A stretch of DNA of 64,000 nucleotides, from IMG/VR virus record IMGVR_UViG_2690316068_000002; one strand, written 5' to 3'. The translations under genes were made by a program, and so were the position numbers. Shown here one piece after another: positions 19,458 through 30,741 of this stretch. Source of the DNA: a virus (Duplodnaviria > Heunggongvirae > Uroviricota > Caudoviricetes). How positions within the stretch are numbered: the first letter of the stretch is position 1; the number at the start of each line of letters is the position of its first letter. The notes under the pieces are model-generated. The model saw nothing but the letters and a program-made list of their open reading frames with translations, was not told where the DNA came from and searched no databases.

Positions 19458-19933
19458 TACGACCTTCTGTATACGATCTGCGAAAAGCCAGGCTCTTCCT
19501 CGCTGGCTCGTTGGGTATAAGCTGTTTCAACAGGCACAAAGCCTAAGTTACGCATCATGCTTGCCGGGAAGAATGCATCGGCGTTTGGTACATCAACGCC
19601 GATGTGGGAGAGCCAAATCTCTTCAACATGCGGCATGAATAGCGAGTAAATTTGTTCCCCGCCAATCACCCACACAGGCTCTGGTAATCGCAACACATCA
19701 TCCACACCAGCAGGGTAGAATCCATTTGGTACAAAGCCATGAGAGCGCGTCAAAACGAGGTTATGACGCTCTGGAAGAGGGCGTTTGAGACTTTCCATCG
19801 TTTTACGCCCCATAACGACAGTGGCGTTTTTGGTGAGTCTCTTAAATAGCTTCAGATCGGTAGAACAACGCCAGGGCAGTTCGTTCGCTATGCCGATCTC
19901 ATAGTTACGGCCAACAGCAGCGATCATCTTCAT
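19457..19933 (-). CDS. Dihydrofolate reductase
   Basis: 158 aa; MIAAVGRNYEIG...LPW...VVMGRKT DHFR signature. Confidence 0.85.
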   Translation of the reverse strand: MKMIAAVGRNYEIGIANELPWRCSTDLKLFKRLTKNATVVMGRKTMESLKRPLPERHNLVLTRSHGFVPNGFYPAGVDDVLRLPEPVWVIGGEQIYSLFMPHVEEIWLSHIGVDVPNADAFFPASMMRNLGFVPVETAYTQRASEEEPGFSQIVYRRS

Positions 19934-20343
19934 TTGCTCACCTCATAGATGACCGGTCGATGGTGAGAGTCGGCTAAAGCGGCACGGAGTCGAGGATCGT
20001 GCACCAGCGCAGCGATAAGCAGATCGCCTTTATGCTCCGCTAATGTGCGCTTAATATGCTTCTCATAACTGGTGCCATTCGGTACGAGATGAAGCCAGTC
20101 ATAATCAACGCCAAAATCTTTCAGCCATCGTTTAGTTGGCGCTTCAAGAGTTTCAGAGCGGCTACTGATAAGCACCACTTCAGCCCCTGAGCGAGCAAAA
20201 CCACGCAACATACGGCTGGTGGGGAAAATGAGTTCATCACCGGCAATGAGCTGGCCTGCATCCGCGTCAGATACTGATTTACGATGGCTGGCATTTGCCA
20301 GCACACCTTCAATTTCGCATAAGACATACATACCTCTTGCCAT
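19930..20343 (-). CDS. Hypothetical protein
   Basis: ORF-track 19930..20391 trimmed to ATG 20343 to avoid overlap with thyA. Confidence 0.4.
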   Translation of the reverse strand: MARGMYVLCEIEGVLANASHRKSVSDADAGQLIAGDELIFPTSRMLRGFARSGAEVVLISSRSETLEAPTKRWLKDFGVDYDWLHLVPNGTSYEKHIKRTLAEHKGDLLIAALVHDPRLRAALADSHHRPVIYEVSK

Positions 20344-20344
20344 A

Positions 20345-21448
20345 TCACACCGCCACTGGAACCTTGATCCACGGTAGAGGGTCATAGCCAAGAATTAAAA
20401 CCTCGTCCCATTTGAAATCATCCAACTCTGACCATTCATGAGGGAAAATAACGACCGGATCTGAATGCTCTGGAGCCTGTCGTTTCATTAGCTCACACAC
20501 ACCTTCCATGTGGTTGTTGTACAAATGCACGTCAAAGCCAAAATGCACAAATGCACCGGCCATGTGACCCGTAATCTTCGCGAGAAAATGAGTGAGAATG
20601 CCATAGCCAGCAATATTGAATGGCATACCAACAAAAGTGTCTACGCTACGCTGTACGAGGCAGGAGTTGAGGATGCGTTTGGGGATTCCAAGTTCATCCA
20701 GTTCAGCTTCAGTAACACTGCCGTCCATCTCCAGATCGTATAGCATCTTGGTGTAGATAGACTCGTAACCGAGGCGACTGTGTTGAAGACCAATGTCAGT
20801 TGCCATCGTTAAACGGGTTTCAAAATCCAGCTCACGACTCCACAAAGAGAAGACAAAGTGGCAAGGTGGCAGTTTCATATCCTCAAGCTCGCCTACGTTC
20901 CATGCGTTAAGCATGATGCGACGATCGGTAGGGTTCGTGCGCAGTGTATCGACAATACGCTGTAGCTGATCGATTTCACGGGACAGCACTACGCGATCTT
21001 CACTGATACCCAGGTATCCCTCGACTTTGTACCCGCGTTCACGGAAAGTAGCGATCTTGCTCAGATATTCACTATGGCTCACGATGCGGGTATCTTCCCA
21101 TCGACGCCACTGCTTACCGTAAACCGGCCCCAAATCGCCATTCTCATCGGCCCATGCATCCCAAATCTTAACGCCGTTATCCTTGAGAAATTGGATGTTG
21201 CCCGTGCCTTTCAGATACCACTCAAGTTCGACAAGTAGTGGCTTAAGATTTACCGCCTTTCCAGAAATAAGCGGCACAGTCCCACCAGTAAGCATGTAGT
21301 AAGAGGGAACGTAGCAGGTGCTTAAAGTGCCAGTGCCTGTGCGATCATCAGCCTGCACGCCGCTTTTAAGCACCGTCTCAATAACTTTTGCATACGATGC
21401 GTTTGTTACCTGACCGTTCGTATGCTCTCGATTCAAAAGGAGTGACAC
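20345..21448 (-). CDS. thyA: Thymidylate synthase family protein with insertions
   Basis: 367 aa; DRTGTGT, WADENGDLGPVYGKQWR, LPPCH and PFNIAGY motifs. Confidence 0.8.
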   Translation of the reverse strand: MSLLLNREHTNGQVTNASYAKVIETVLKSGVQADDRTGTGTLSTCYVPSYYMLTGGTVPLISGKAVNLKPLLVELEWYLKGTGNIQFLKDNGVKIWDAWADENGDLGPVYGKQWRRWEDTRIVSHSEYLSKIATFRERGYKVEGYLGISEDRVVLSREIDQLQRIVDTLRTNPTDRRIMLNAWNVGELEDMKLPPCHFVFSLWSRELDFETRLTMATDIGLQHSRLGYESIYTKMLYDLEMDGSVTEAELDELGIPKRILNSCLVQRSVDTFVGMPFNIAGYGILTHFLAKITGHMAGAFVHFGFDVHLYNNHMEGVCELMKRQAPEHSDPVVIFPHEWSELDDFKWDEVLILGYDPLPWIKVPVAV

Positions 21449-21618
21449 AAAAACCTCACAAAGATAAGTAATTACTTATTCATCGTGTGAGTTTACATTC
21501 ATTGAGAGAACAAGACCAGACAGATAAAAAAATGGTGGCCATAGGCCACCAAAACGAATAGTCATTCCAGAGTTTTATTACGCATGTTAAATATACACAG
21601 ATAGATAACTACCTACAA

Positions 21619-22488
21619 TTATTTTTTGATCATTCCGTACATTGCTGAGGCTTTAGCTTGCTCAACAAAGGAGGATAAATCGACATCACTATAGGTTGGA
21701 GACTTCAGAATCTTTCCATCGGAAATTCGAAAACCGATCATCTTATCGGTGCCATCAGCATGGCGGAATCCCAGATCTGAAGAGTCGTATTTGCAGTTGG
21801 CCACAGCCTGGCGACGTTCCTCAACATCAGCAGGCCATAATTTTGTCATGTTAGACCGATGAATTTCGCCAACCAGCTCGACGACATTGATACCGAGGAA
21901 ATCAGCCAGTCGATAAGTCATCATGCACGCCACATAGATTTTGTTCATTACACGGCGCAGTTCCTGAATCAGCTCAGAATCCTTAACAGTCTTCTTCTCA
22001 AGTTTATCTGCCAGCTCTTCGAGCATACATGACGCCTCACGAGCTTCCTGAAATGGCATTGCCATATCATCGAAAACAGTGTTACCGGGCACAAAAATTG
22101 TCTGCATAAAGCGATCAATGCTCTGTTCCTGCGTGTAATAGGTCATGCCGGTAGAAATACCACCTTTGATGGAGACCATCGTACCAACACCAACGTATAA
22201 AAAGTCGGCCATTGCATCCAGCAGTTGCTCAATATCCCCATTCATTGCGGCTGGAATACCTTCCACTACAGCTTCTTCATGAATCAGGCTTGCACGGAGA
22301 CGAAGCAGCTCTGGTGTCGGCATAACGCGTCTCGGATGCTGGAAGAGTTCATGAAACTGATCGACCATCTTGTAAATACTTTCAGTGGCTACACCATGGC
22401 CTTCATGCAACTCATATGGTTCTGGCTTAAATCCAATGAGTCGATCGGTGGCAAGTTTCAGGTGGTCAGTCAGTTTGGTAAAGTTCAT
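21619..22488 (-). CDS. Hypothetical protein, possible MazG-like NTP pyrophosphohydrolase
   Basis: ORF trimmed to internal ATG 22488 with AAGGA Shine-Dalgarno; alpha-helical with EE-x-E-x-D-like acidic pattern. Confidence 0.35.
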   Translation of the reverse strand: MNFTKLTDHLKLATDRLIGFKPEPYELHEGHGVATESIYKMVDQFHELFQHPRRVMPTPELLRLRASLIHEEAVVEGIPAAMNGDIEQLLDAMADFLYVGVGTMVSIKGGISTGMTYYTQEQSIDRFMQTIFVPGNTVFDDMAMPFQEAREASCMLEELADKLEKKTVKDSELIQELRRVMNKIYVACMMTYRLADFLGINVVELVGEIHRSNMTKLWPADVEERRQAVANCKYDSSDLGFRHADGTDKMIGFRISDGKILKSPTYSDVDLSSFVEQAKASAMYGMIKK

Positions 22489-22565
22489 GCTAGTTTTGTT
22501 CCTTCTTAATTCTTGTGATCCATTGTGGCCCAGCGTTGCCAGGCCACATAATGCTTTGTATCGGT

Positions 22566-23708
22566 TTACAGGTCTGCAAACTGGCTTAGAGAAGCCTTGT
22601 CCACGGTAGAATCGATCTGACCTACCAGATATGTGCTTTGCTCTGCCTCTTGTGGTGCAATTTGCAGTGTGTCGGTTAACAACCACTTGTTCATCCAGAC
22701 CAGCGGATCAGTGGTAACTTCTGGAAATAAAGCCTTCAGGCCAAGACGATTCATAGCCAGATTGGTTCGGTATTTTACATAGGTCTTCAGAATATCCGCG
22801 TTTAAACCAATCATCGAACCGTCTTTGAAGAGATAGTCTGCCCAGTTCATTTCTTGTTCGGCGACTGATTTCATGGTGTCGTAAATGACGTTTTCTTCAT
22901 CAGCAGCAATCTCTTTCCACAATAAACCTTCGCGACCGGTACGCATGAAGCGGATCATGCGTTCAGTTCCTTCGCAATGCAGAGCTTCATCACGGGCAAT
23001 AAAGCGCATAATTTTGGTGTTACCCTCAAGCAACTTCCGTTCGCCAAAGGCAAACGTACATGCAAAACTTACATAGAAACGGATCGCCTCAAGCGCATTA
23101 ATGGACACTAACGTGCGGAAAAGCTGACGGTGCAAAGGATATGGCTCCCAGCCATATTCATTTACGTACAGACGCTCAAATTCCTTCTCGCCTAACGACT
23201 GGCGATCGCAGGTCATCCCATAAAGCCTGTCATATTCAGCAGAGATACTGATGGCTCGGTTGATGATTTCTTCATCCGTAACAATACCGTCAAAAACAAT
23301 ACTCGGATCGTCCACCATGCCACGAATAATGTGGGTGTAGCTGCGGCTATGGATAGTCTCAGAGAAAGACCACGTTTCAACCCACGTTTCCAGTTCAGGA
23401 ATAGAGATAAGCGGCAGCAGAGTTGCGTTTGGGCTACGTCCCTGAACTGAATCGAGCAACGTTTGATAACGGAGATTACTCAGGAAAATGTGGCGTTCGT
23501 GGTCCCGCAGCTTCGTATTGAAGTCGATGCGATCGCTCGAAATATCAACTTCTTCCGGCCGCCAGAAGAAAGACAATTGACGTTCAATCAACTTTTCAAA
23601 ATCACGGTATTTTTGTTGATCGTAACGAGCCACGTTGACAGATTGTCCGAGGAACATAGGCTCTTTGGTTGCATCATTAGCACCCAAACGGAACGTTGAA
23701 TATGACAT
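22566..23708 (-). CDS. nrdB: Ribonucleotide reductase class Ia beta subunit
   Basis: 380 aa; near-collinear with E. coli NrdB. Confidence 0.92.
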   Translation of the reverse strand: MSYSTFRLGANDATKEPMFLGQSVNVARYDQQKYRDFEKLIERQLSFFWRPEEVDISSDRIDFNTKLRDHERHIFLSNLRYQTLLDSVQGRSPNATLLPLISIPELETWVETWSFSETIHSRSYTHIIRGMVDDPSIVFDGIVTDEEIINRAISISAEYDRLYGMTCDRQSLGEKEFERLYVNEYGWEPYPLHRQLFRTLVSINALEAIRFYVSFACTFAFGERKLLEGNTKIMRFIARDEALHCEGTERMIRFMRTGREGLLWKEIAADEENVIYDTMKSVAEQEMNWADYLFKDGSMIGLNADILKTYVKYRTNLAMNRLGLKALFPEVTTDPLVWMNKWLLTDTLQIAPQEAEQSTYLVGQIDSTVDKASLSQFADL

Positions 23709-23808
23709 GTGTTTTTCCTTTTTTGATGTGTTTAAACAAGTTGTTATCTTATGTGTTTAAACAAGGCTTACAAATCAAAGATAAGGTGGGGATATACCCC
23801 ACCATATG

Positions 23809-26124
23809 TCAGATTTTGCAGGCTCCGTCGCACTCATCTTCTGGCTCGACGGCTACAGCTTGCGTAAGTGGATTCTGCGCTTCGTCGTCATCACGCTTTC
23901 CTGCACCATCTCTGGTGTTGTGGTAGTAAAGCGTTTTAACTCCCATCTTGTAGGCGAGAAGCAAATCTGACAGTAGCGTCATCATTGGGACTTTATCGCC
24001 TTCAAAGCGAGAAGGGTCATAGTTGGTATTAGCTGAAATAGCCTGGTCAAAGAACTTCTGGATGATCGCCACCTTTGTCAGATAGCCGCGGTTGTCCGGC
24101 ATATCCCACAGGTATTCATACTGTTCCTTCAGTTTTTCAAACTCAGGCACGACCATCTTAACGATGCCGTCCTTAGAAGATTTCACCGACACCGGGCCAC
24201 GAGGCGGTTCGATGCCGTTGGTGGAATTAGTGATCTGGCTGGAAGTCTCGCATGGCATTTGTGCCGTCAGAGTGGAGTTGCGAAGGCCGTATTTTGCAAT
24301 ACGTTCACGCAGTTCTTCCCACGGCATCTTTAACTCAAAGTTGGTTTCGCCGCTTTCGTCTAATGAAGAACGGTAATGGTCGATCGGCAACTGACCAATT
24401 GCGTATTTGGTCTGCTCAAACCAGTCACACTCACCTTTTGCTTCAGCAAGTCGGCAGCTGGCGTCAAGAAGGTAATACTGGATAGCTTCGAACGTTTCAT
24501 GCACCAGTTTATTGCCAGCGGTATCAGAATAACGAACGCCATTCTTTGCCAGGTAATAAGCAAAGTTGGTTACACCAATTCCCAGGCTACGACGAGCTTT
24601 GGCAGGCACTTCGGCTGCCTCCATCGGATAGTCTTGATAATCCAGTAACGAATCCAGTGCAGCAACGGCATAGAACGCCACCTCTTTAAGAGACTCCAGT
24701 GAACGGATGGCTCCGAGGTTAAAAGCGGATAAAGTGCATAGCGCGATCTCACCGTTCGGGTCGTCGGTAAATGCCAGTGGACGGGTGGGTAGAGTGATCT
24801 CCATGCACAGGTTTGACTGGCGAACAGGTGCAAGAGCAGGAATGAAAGCGCCATGCTCGTTAATATGATCGACGTTCGCAATATAAATTCGGCCCGTGGA
24901 CGCTCGTTCCTGCATCAGAGATGAGAACAGCTCAATGGCAGGTACTGACTTCTTGCGAATTGAATCATCGGCTTCGTATTTATGGTACAGCTTTTCAAAC
25001 AGATCCTGGTCTGTGAAGAAGGCTTCGTACATATCAGGCACATCATGCGGGCTGAACAGAGTGATGTTCTCGCTTCTGACGAGTCGACGGTACATTAGAC
25101 GGTTACTCATGACGCCGTAATCAAGATGGCGAACGCGGTTTTCATCAATACCACGGTTATTTTTCACCACCAGCAGACTTTCAACCTCAAGATGCCAAAT
25201 CGGGTAAAACGCTGTTGCTGCGCCACCACGAACACCACCTTGCGAACAAGATTTAACAGCCGTCTGGAAATGCTTCAGGAATGGAATAACTCCGGTATGG
25301 GTGGCTTCACCATTGCGGATCTCGCTGCCCAGCGCACGGATACGGCCAAAACCAATACCAATTCCAGCACGACGTGAAACGTAGTCGATAATTGCGGCTG
25401 AAGCTGCACTAATCCCTTTCAGACTATCGCCAGACTCAATCAGCACACAACTGGAGAACTGACGGGTTGGAGTACGGACGCCGGCCATGATTGGTGTGGG
25501 CAGAGACAGTTTGAACGTACTTGTAACGTCATAGAAACCTTTGACCATCTCCATACGTGTTTTGCCAGCGCAGTCGTCTTCCCAATTCTGGAACAGACAC
25601 ATGCCTACCAGCATATAGATATGTTGCGGCCCCTCATGAATCTCACCAGTAACACGGTTTTGAACGAGGTATTTGCTTTGCAACTGCACCGTAGCTGCAT
25701 AGCCAAAAAGATCGTCACGTTTCGGCTTAATGTAATTGCCGAGTTCTTCGATCTCTTCAAACGAATAATGTGTCAGCAAATCCTTGTCATAAACGCCCTT
25801 GTTAACGTTCTTGACAATGTGTTGGTAGAAGTTCGGATAGTCGTAACGACCGAAGGCATCTTTGCGGATTTTAAAAATGTTCAGGCGGGCAGCCACCTGT
25901 GAGTAATTTGGTGCTTCTGGTGAGATCAAATCAGCGGCAGATTTAACCAAAGCCTCATGCAACTGGCTGGTGGTAATCCCATCAAAAATGCTGGCCGCAG
26001 CTCCCATTGCTACAGCGGATGCGCTTACACCACGAATGCCTTCTACGCCATACATTACGACGCGGTTGTATTTTTCTTCGGATAACGGCTCTGTTTGGCC
26101 GTTACGTTTTACGATGCTTATCAT
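23809..26124 (-). CDS. nrdA: Ribonucleotide reductase class Ia alpha subunit
   Basis: 771 aa; collinear with E. coli NrdA including catalytic core. Confidence 0.95.
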   Translation of the reverse strand: MISIVKRNGQTEPLSEEKYNRVVMYGVEGIRGVSASAVAMGAAASIFDGITTSQLHEALVKSAADLISPEAPNYSQVAARLNIFKIRKDAFGRYDYPNFYQHIVKNVNKGVYDKDLLTHYSFEEIEELGNYIKPKRDDLFGYAATVQLQSKYLVQNRVTGEIHEGPQHIYMLVGMCLFQNWEDDCAGKTRMEMVKGFYDVTSTFKLSLPTPIMAGVRTPTRQFSSCVLIESGDSLKGISAASAAIIDYVSRRAGIGIGFGRIRALGSEIRNGEATHTGVIPFLKHFQTAVKSCSQGGVRGGAATAFYPIWHLEVESLLVVKNNRGIDENRVRHLDYGVMSNRLMYRRLVRSENITLFSPHDVPDMYEAFFTDQDLFEKLYHKYEADDSIRKKSVPAIELFSSLMQERASTGRIYIANVDHINEHGAFIPALAPVRQSNLCMEITLPTRPLAFTDDPNGEIALCTLSAFNLGAIRSLESLKEVAFYAVAALDSLLDYQDYPMEAAEVPAKARRSLGIGVTNFAYYLAKNGVRYSDTAGNKLVHETFEAIQYYLLDASCRLAEAKGECDWFEQTKYAIGQLPIDHYRSSLDESGETNFELKMPWEELRERIAKYGLRNSTLTAQMPCETSSQITNSTNGIEPPRGPVSVKSSKDGIVKMVVPEFEKLKEQYEYLWDMPDNRGYLTKVAIIQKFFDQAISANTNYDPSRFEGDKVPMMTLLSDLLLAYKMGVKTLYYHNTRDGAGKRDDDEAQNPLTQAVAVEPEDECDGACKI

Positions 26125-26197
26125 GTATCACCAAATAAAGAGGGCCACTAAATATAGTGGCCCATGTTAATAGATAAGCACTTACCTATCAATGAAA

Positions 26198-26767
26198 TCA
26201 AATGAGAGACTTAAGAACATCGCGCACCTGGCGGAACTGATCTGTTTGCATACCGGTATGGATGGCAGCCACCGCATCAGCCAAATGTTCGTTTTTGTTC
26301 ACGAGAACATCCTGTCCAGATTGCTTACGACGCAGCCACGGTGCTTTAGGGTGTTTTTTCGTAGCCCACTGGATAATCTCTTCTTTCGATGTAGTAAGTT
26401 TATTGCCGACAAAATGCTTGATTTCGTTTGGAGTAACCTGGATCAATGGCTTATCCACACACGCAAGTACACCGATACAAATACCGTAAGACGTCTGCGA
26501 ACGAGAGTTTTGGCTCCCAACCGGTAGCTCACAAAAAACCATATTTGCCTTATCAATGATTGGCTTCGCAACACGCCATATTTCACTGGCGCGGCGCAGA
26601 TCGTCACTGTTCACACGAACGGTCTTTTTGTTACTCCCCGCTTTAGTCTCAACAAGAGTAAGGCCGTGAATCTCAAGTTCGTCCGTCTCAAGGTCTAAAG
26701 TGCCCACAGCAAGCCCAAAGTTGCTCATTGAGGGATCAACACCAACTACGCTGATTTTTTTACTCAT
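26198..26767 (-). CDS. RuvC-like Holliday junction resolvase
   Basis: 189 aa; N-terminal VVGVDPS pattern typical of RuvC-fold resolvases. Confidence 0.5.
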   Translation of the reverse strand: MSKKISVVGVDPSMSNFGLAVGTLDLETDELEIHGLTLVETKAGSNKKTVRVNSDDLRRASEIWRVAKPIIDKANMVFCELPVGSQNSRSQTSYGICIGVLACVDKPLIQVTPNEIKHFVGNKLTTSKEEIIQWATKKHPKAPWLRRKQSGQDVLVNKNEHLADAVAAIHTGMQTDQFRQVRDVLKSLI

Positions 26768-26776
26768 ATAGTCTCC

Positions 26777-27520
26777 TTACCATGTTCCCCATATAGGGTT
26801 TTCCAATAATCTCGCCTCCAACGAATTGGCTACTATTGCCGTTTGCAACGTTGGTTGGGGATAGTTTGCAAAGTCTGAATACTCATTTTCCTGCGTGACA
26901 CGTTTATCTGCGGCATGTTTAACACCACTTGCTATGAAATGACGCATGATGCCCAATAGCCTCCGACTGTCTGCACTATCGTTTGCTAAAACATGAGGGA
27001 GCTGAAGTTCGATTTCTACCATTTCTCCATACTTACCAACAAACTGTAGTTTGTCCGCACTGTACTTTTTATCCCTCCTTTGGATAAGGAAACCAGTAAA
27101 AGCATCACCTGGCGATGCCAAACTATCCACCCGCTTATTGGCAAGTCGAATAAGGTTCGTGAAAGCCATACAGTGATGCGCACCCATTCCCCCAAAGAAC
27201 CCTTCGCTATTAATGTTAAGATCTTCAGTTTCATGGGATGCAATAAACCCAGGCCCGACGTTGGGAAGATATCCCCCCTCAACAAAAGGATTAATCAGGA
27301 TCGGCGCAATACATCCAGGTGGTAGTGATTTCAAACTTTGCATCAATGGCGTCTCGGATATTAGACCAAGCAACGCGGCGAATTGTACTCCGTCAATATT
27401 GTTGCTGCCCCACAGAATACGTGGAGCCGCACCATTGGAAGTATGCCCATTGATCAGTTTTATCGACTGCATCACTGCAAATACCTGCAAAAACTGCGAG
27501 CGGCTTAATTTAAACGACAT
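26777..27520 (-). CDS. Hypothetical protein
   Basis: 247-aa ORF. Confidence 0.5.
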   Translation of the reverse strand: MSFKLSRSQFLQVFAVMQSIKLINGHTSNGAAPRILWGSNNIDGVQFAALLGLISETPLMQSLKSLPPGCIAPILINPFVEGGYLPNVGPGFIASHETEDLNINSEGFFGGMGAHHCMAFTNLIRLANKRVDSLASPGDAFTGFLIQRRDKKYSADKLQFVGKYGEMVEIELQLPHVLANDSADSRRLLGIMRHFIASGVKHAADKRVTQENEYSDFANYPQPTLQTAIVANSLEARLLENPIWGTW

Positions 27521-29426
27521 AGCTGCGCCCCTCTTTAACTTCCAGCGTAATAGTTTCCCGGAACCATGACTTCATCTCTTTATGGGAGATAATCAGCACA
27601 GTACCTCGCTCGCGAGCTTTGGACTCCAGAATACCCATGAGACGTTCAAGACCGGCTGTATCGAGTGCATCGTCAATTTCGTCGCCGATAAACAAATCGA
27701 TGTTTTTACTCGCCCGGTTACTAACCAGATCCTGCAATGCCAAAGAACACGCAATGCGAACCTTCCGCTTCTCACCACCAGAGAGGGTTTGGAACGACTT
27801 ACTTGAACCTTTCTTCTGCACACTAATGTTGAATTTGTCGCGATACTCACCTTTTTTAGTGACATCCATCGTCGACCACTCAGCAGTAATATTCCCGTCA
27901 GACAACGTATTGAGATACTCGGCAGTGCGTGTATTCAGGAAAGGCGTAACAGACGTCAAAATATGAGAACGCACCCCGGCAGGAGAGTAGACCTGACGAG
28001 CTTTTTCCAATAGCAACGTTTGTTCCTGAATAGCCTTTAACTCATCTTTTAAGGACTTGAAGGTAGACTTACTGGATACCAAGTTATCTTCGTGTCTGGC
28101 GATAAGAGCAATAAACGGATTAATCTCTTTTGATATACGATCGACCTCAGTACGAGCACGAGTCACAAGAGACTCAATAGCAACAACCTCCTTCTCACGA
28201 TGACGCAAAGATGAGAGTTGTTTCGTAAGCTCTTCAATCCGGGCAATGATAGCCGTTACATCAGGTGTCGTTTTAACAAGGGCAGACTCAATGCTTAACG
28301 CTTTCTCAAGATTCGTTTTGTGTTTAGCCATTGCCTCTGCAAGTGTCTTCGCCTGACCAATTTCCTGACGTGCTTGTTCAATGAAATTCTCCTTCACCGT
28401 TGATAGATCTTCTTCGCAGTAGGCTTTGCCACAAGTAGGGCATGGTGATCCCACTTTAGTACCAACCTCTTCTGCTTTGGTCTTAAAATTACGCGCGCGG
28501 TTCATTGCATCAGCCTGACTATTTTCTGTAGCTTTGATGCTTGCCCGAATATCAGTTATCGCACCACGAACTTTGAGCAACTTGGCGTCATGTTCTTCTT
28601 TTGAGGCTAACTTTTTGCGCTCACTTTCGATTGCCTTCTCGGTATCACGTATCTGTTCGGGAAGAGTGCGGATCTCAAGTTCAACTTCCGTTAACTCAAC
28701 TTCGGCACTGGCCAGCCCAGCCAGGGCATCGTCATAACGTTTAGAACGCTCTTGCTCCCATGATTCAGAGGAGGCTTTCGCTGACTCAATTTCTGACTGT
28801 GTTGCCTCAATGGTCGAGATTGTCGACTCCAATTTGGTTTTAACCACATCCATACGTGCGGCAGCTGCATTAGCTCGCTCACGAGCAATAGCGTAGGCGC
28901 GTGTCAGTCTGTCAACGCCAGCGGCTTCTTCTACGATGGTTTTGAGGTTTTTGTCGGACATTCCAGGTAAATCTGGCATAGCTTCTTGGCTCGCATAGAT
29001 GGAAGCCATGAAAACCTCTTTAGATGCACCGATCAGACGCTCGACGAACTCCTGCGTCAGCGCATCTTTGCCTTTCGTCATATCGCCATCTTCACCACGA
29101 ACGATAAGACGATTTTTGAACTCTTTGTGTTTACGGTGACGAATGATTGCGTATCTCTTGCCTTCATCCTCGATGGTTACTGCAACACGACAGTTCTTTT
29201 CATGGTCGGTAGACAACACATCGTCACCCTTCACACCATGAGCTGTTTCGCCATAAAGACACCACATCAGGCTATTCATTAGAGTTGACTTTCCAGAGCC
29301 ATTACTTGATGCGGAACTATCATCACTATTAACACCCTGAATGAGCACTAAACCACGCTGATCTAACTCGACCTCCGCGCTGGCGATAGCCATAAAATTC
29401 TCAACCTGGAGTTTTAAAAACTTCAT
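27510..29426 (-). CDS. SbcC/Rad50-like ATPase (T4 gp46 analogue)
   Basis: 638 aa; N-terminal Walker A, long coiled-coil with CPTCG zinc hook, C-terminal signature/Walker B. Confidence 0.8.
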   Translation of the reverse strand: MKFLKLQVENFMAIASAEVELDQRGLVLIQGVNSDDSSASSNGSGKSTLMNSLMWCLYGETAHGVKGDDVLSTDHEKNCRVAVTIEDEGKRYAIIRHRKHKEFKNRLIVRGEDGDMTKGKDALTQEFVERLIGASKEVFMASIYASQEAMPDLPGMSDKNLKTIVEEAAGVDRLTRAYAIARERANAAAARMDVVKTKLESTISTIEATQSEIESAKASSESWEQERSKRYDDALAGLASAEVELTEVELEIRTLPEQIRDTEKAIESERKKLASKEEHDAKLLKVRGAITDIRASIKATENSQADAMNRARNFKTKAEEVGTKVGSPCPTCGKAYCEEDLSTVKENFIEQARQEIGQAKTLAEAMAKHKTNLEKALSIESALVKTTPDVTAIIARIEELTKQLSSLRHREKEVVAIESLVTRARTEVDRISKEINPFIALIARHEDNLVSSKSTFKSLKDELKAIQEQTLLLEKARQVYSPAGVRSHILTSVTPFLNTRTAEYLNTLSDGNITAEWSTMDVTKKGEYRDKFNISVQKKGSSKSFQTLSGGEKRKVRIACSLALQDLVSNRASKNIDLFIGDEIDDALDTAGLERLMGILESKARERGTVLIISHKEMKSWFRETITLEVKEGRSYVV

Positions 29427-29655
29427 ATAACACCTCTGATACCGTGTGTTAGTTTTTGGCCTTCTTTCAATCTGAACTCCGTATGCGCCGGGAAGGATCT
29501 GCGCCTCAATACGCCTTTTCTGGTTAACCTTCCAAGATAAAACGCTACGGGATTTCCTTGTGGCGGGTAGGGCTTGTGAAACATCACCGTCTGGCCTCGT
29601 TCAAGTCTTTTCATCGTGATGGCAAAGTCTCGAAAGCTCCCATAACGACTTTGCC

Positions 29656-30741
29656 TCACACAGCCTCCGAACTCTCCGCTTCGGTGAGGATTTCCTGACA
29701 CAAAATATCCAACTTGCTCAGATCAAATCCGCCGTCAGTATCGTGGACAATCTTGCAATAAGCAGATACCGACTCTCCCAGGCTATCGATTTTGCTGGTT
29801 TCCGTTGTGCTTGCTGTCCCTTCCATCATTGATGACTTACGGATGAAGTTGCACACAACACCTTTTGCACCCATTGTTTTGAGGATGTTCTGGTACTTAA
29901 TGCCTTCTTCGTCGTTCTCGATTACGGCGCGGAAACGCACGTAGTTGCCGCGAATTTGGTCATCAGCAACATAATCTTCCAGGTTAATGAATTTAGGCGC
30001 ACTAGTTTCGTAGTGACTAAAACTGCCGTCCGGGTTTACGATCATGTAACCAGCCAGAGAGCCAACATCCCCCCAATTTTGATGGGTCAGTGCACCGACA
30101 CTGATAACTCCAGGAATGACCTCTTTGTGGTTGTGGTAATGCCCACTAAGCACGAGACGAAAGCCGATATCCTTTAACTCCTGCGCATCAATACCGACGT
30201 CAGGCATTGTTGGAATGGCTTTGTTGATGGATGTATGGATAACAACGTCATGGTTATCACCTTCTACGCTCTTACGTAACGTTTTCAGATCGCTGATAAG
30301 CTCCGCATGATTGTTACGCCAGCTAATCAGGTGGACAGTGACATCACCAATTTTTATTGAGTGTGGGCGTTTTCCACATACGATTACCACGCCGATAGAA
30401 CTCAGCGATGCTGCTGCGTTGGCGCTATATACTGAATCGTTGGTTTCAAGATCGTGATTACCGGCCAGCATTACTACTGTCAGATCAAGCTCGTTGATAA
30501 TCCACTTGTACGTTTCAGTTACGTAATGCAGAACAGAAGGGGACACAGTTCCTCGGACGTGAAATGTATCACCGGCAACCAACATGTACTTACAACCAGC
30601 CTTCTTCATGGCGATGGCGGCTTCTTTCGTTGCTTCCAACTGTATTTCAAGTCTGGAGTTAAGCCCCTCAGCGTTCGTCGTGGAGAACGCATCCCATTTG
30701 TGGTAGTGGCAGTCAGAAATGACGCCGTATGGCAAAGTCAT
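29656..30741 (-). CDS. SbcD/Mre11-like nuclease (T4 gp47 analogue)
   Basis: Start moved to internal ATG 30741 with conserved ribosome-binding context; calcineurin-like phosphoesterase motifs. Confidence 0.8.
   Translation of the reverse strand: MTLPYGVISDCHYHKWDAFSTTNAEGLNSRLEIQLEATKEAAIAMKKAGCKYMLVAGDTFHVRGTVSPSVLHYVTETYKWIINELDLTVVMLAGNHDLETNDSVYSANAAASLSSIGVVIVCGKRPHSIKIGDVTVHLISWRNNHAELISDLKTLRKSVEGDNHDVVIHTSINKAIPTMPDVGIDAQELKDIGFRLVLSGHYHNHKEVIPGVISVGALTHQNWGDVGSLAGYMIVNPDGSFSHYETSAPKFINLEDYVADDQIRGNYVRFRAVIENDEEGIKYQNILKTMGAKGVVCNFIRKSSMMEGTASTTETSKIDSLGESVSAYCKIVHDTDGGFDLSKLDILCQEILTEAESSEAV

Noticed and set aside
23809-26124. Multiple 60-110-aa ORFs in other frames within nrdA, and likewise within the polymerase, SbcC-like and ligase genes
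   Set aside because: All are fully embedded in long, strongly supported coding regions and lack start signals.
29423-29701. 92-aa Arg-rich ORF between SbcD-like and SbcC-like genes
   Set aside because: Composition looks like an out-of-frame artefact with no recognisable ribosome-binding site; more likely a noncoding spacer.
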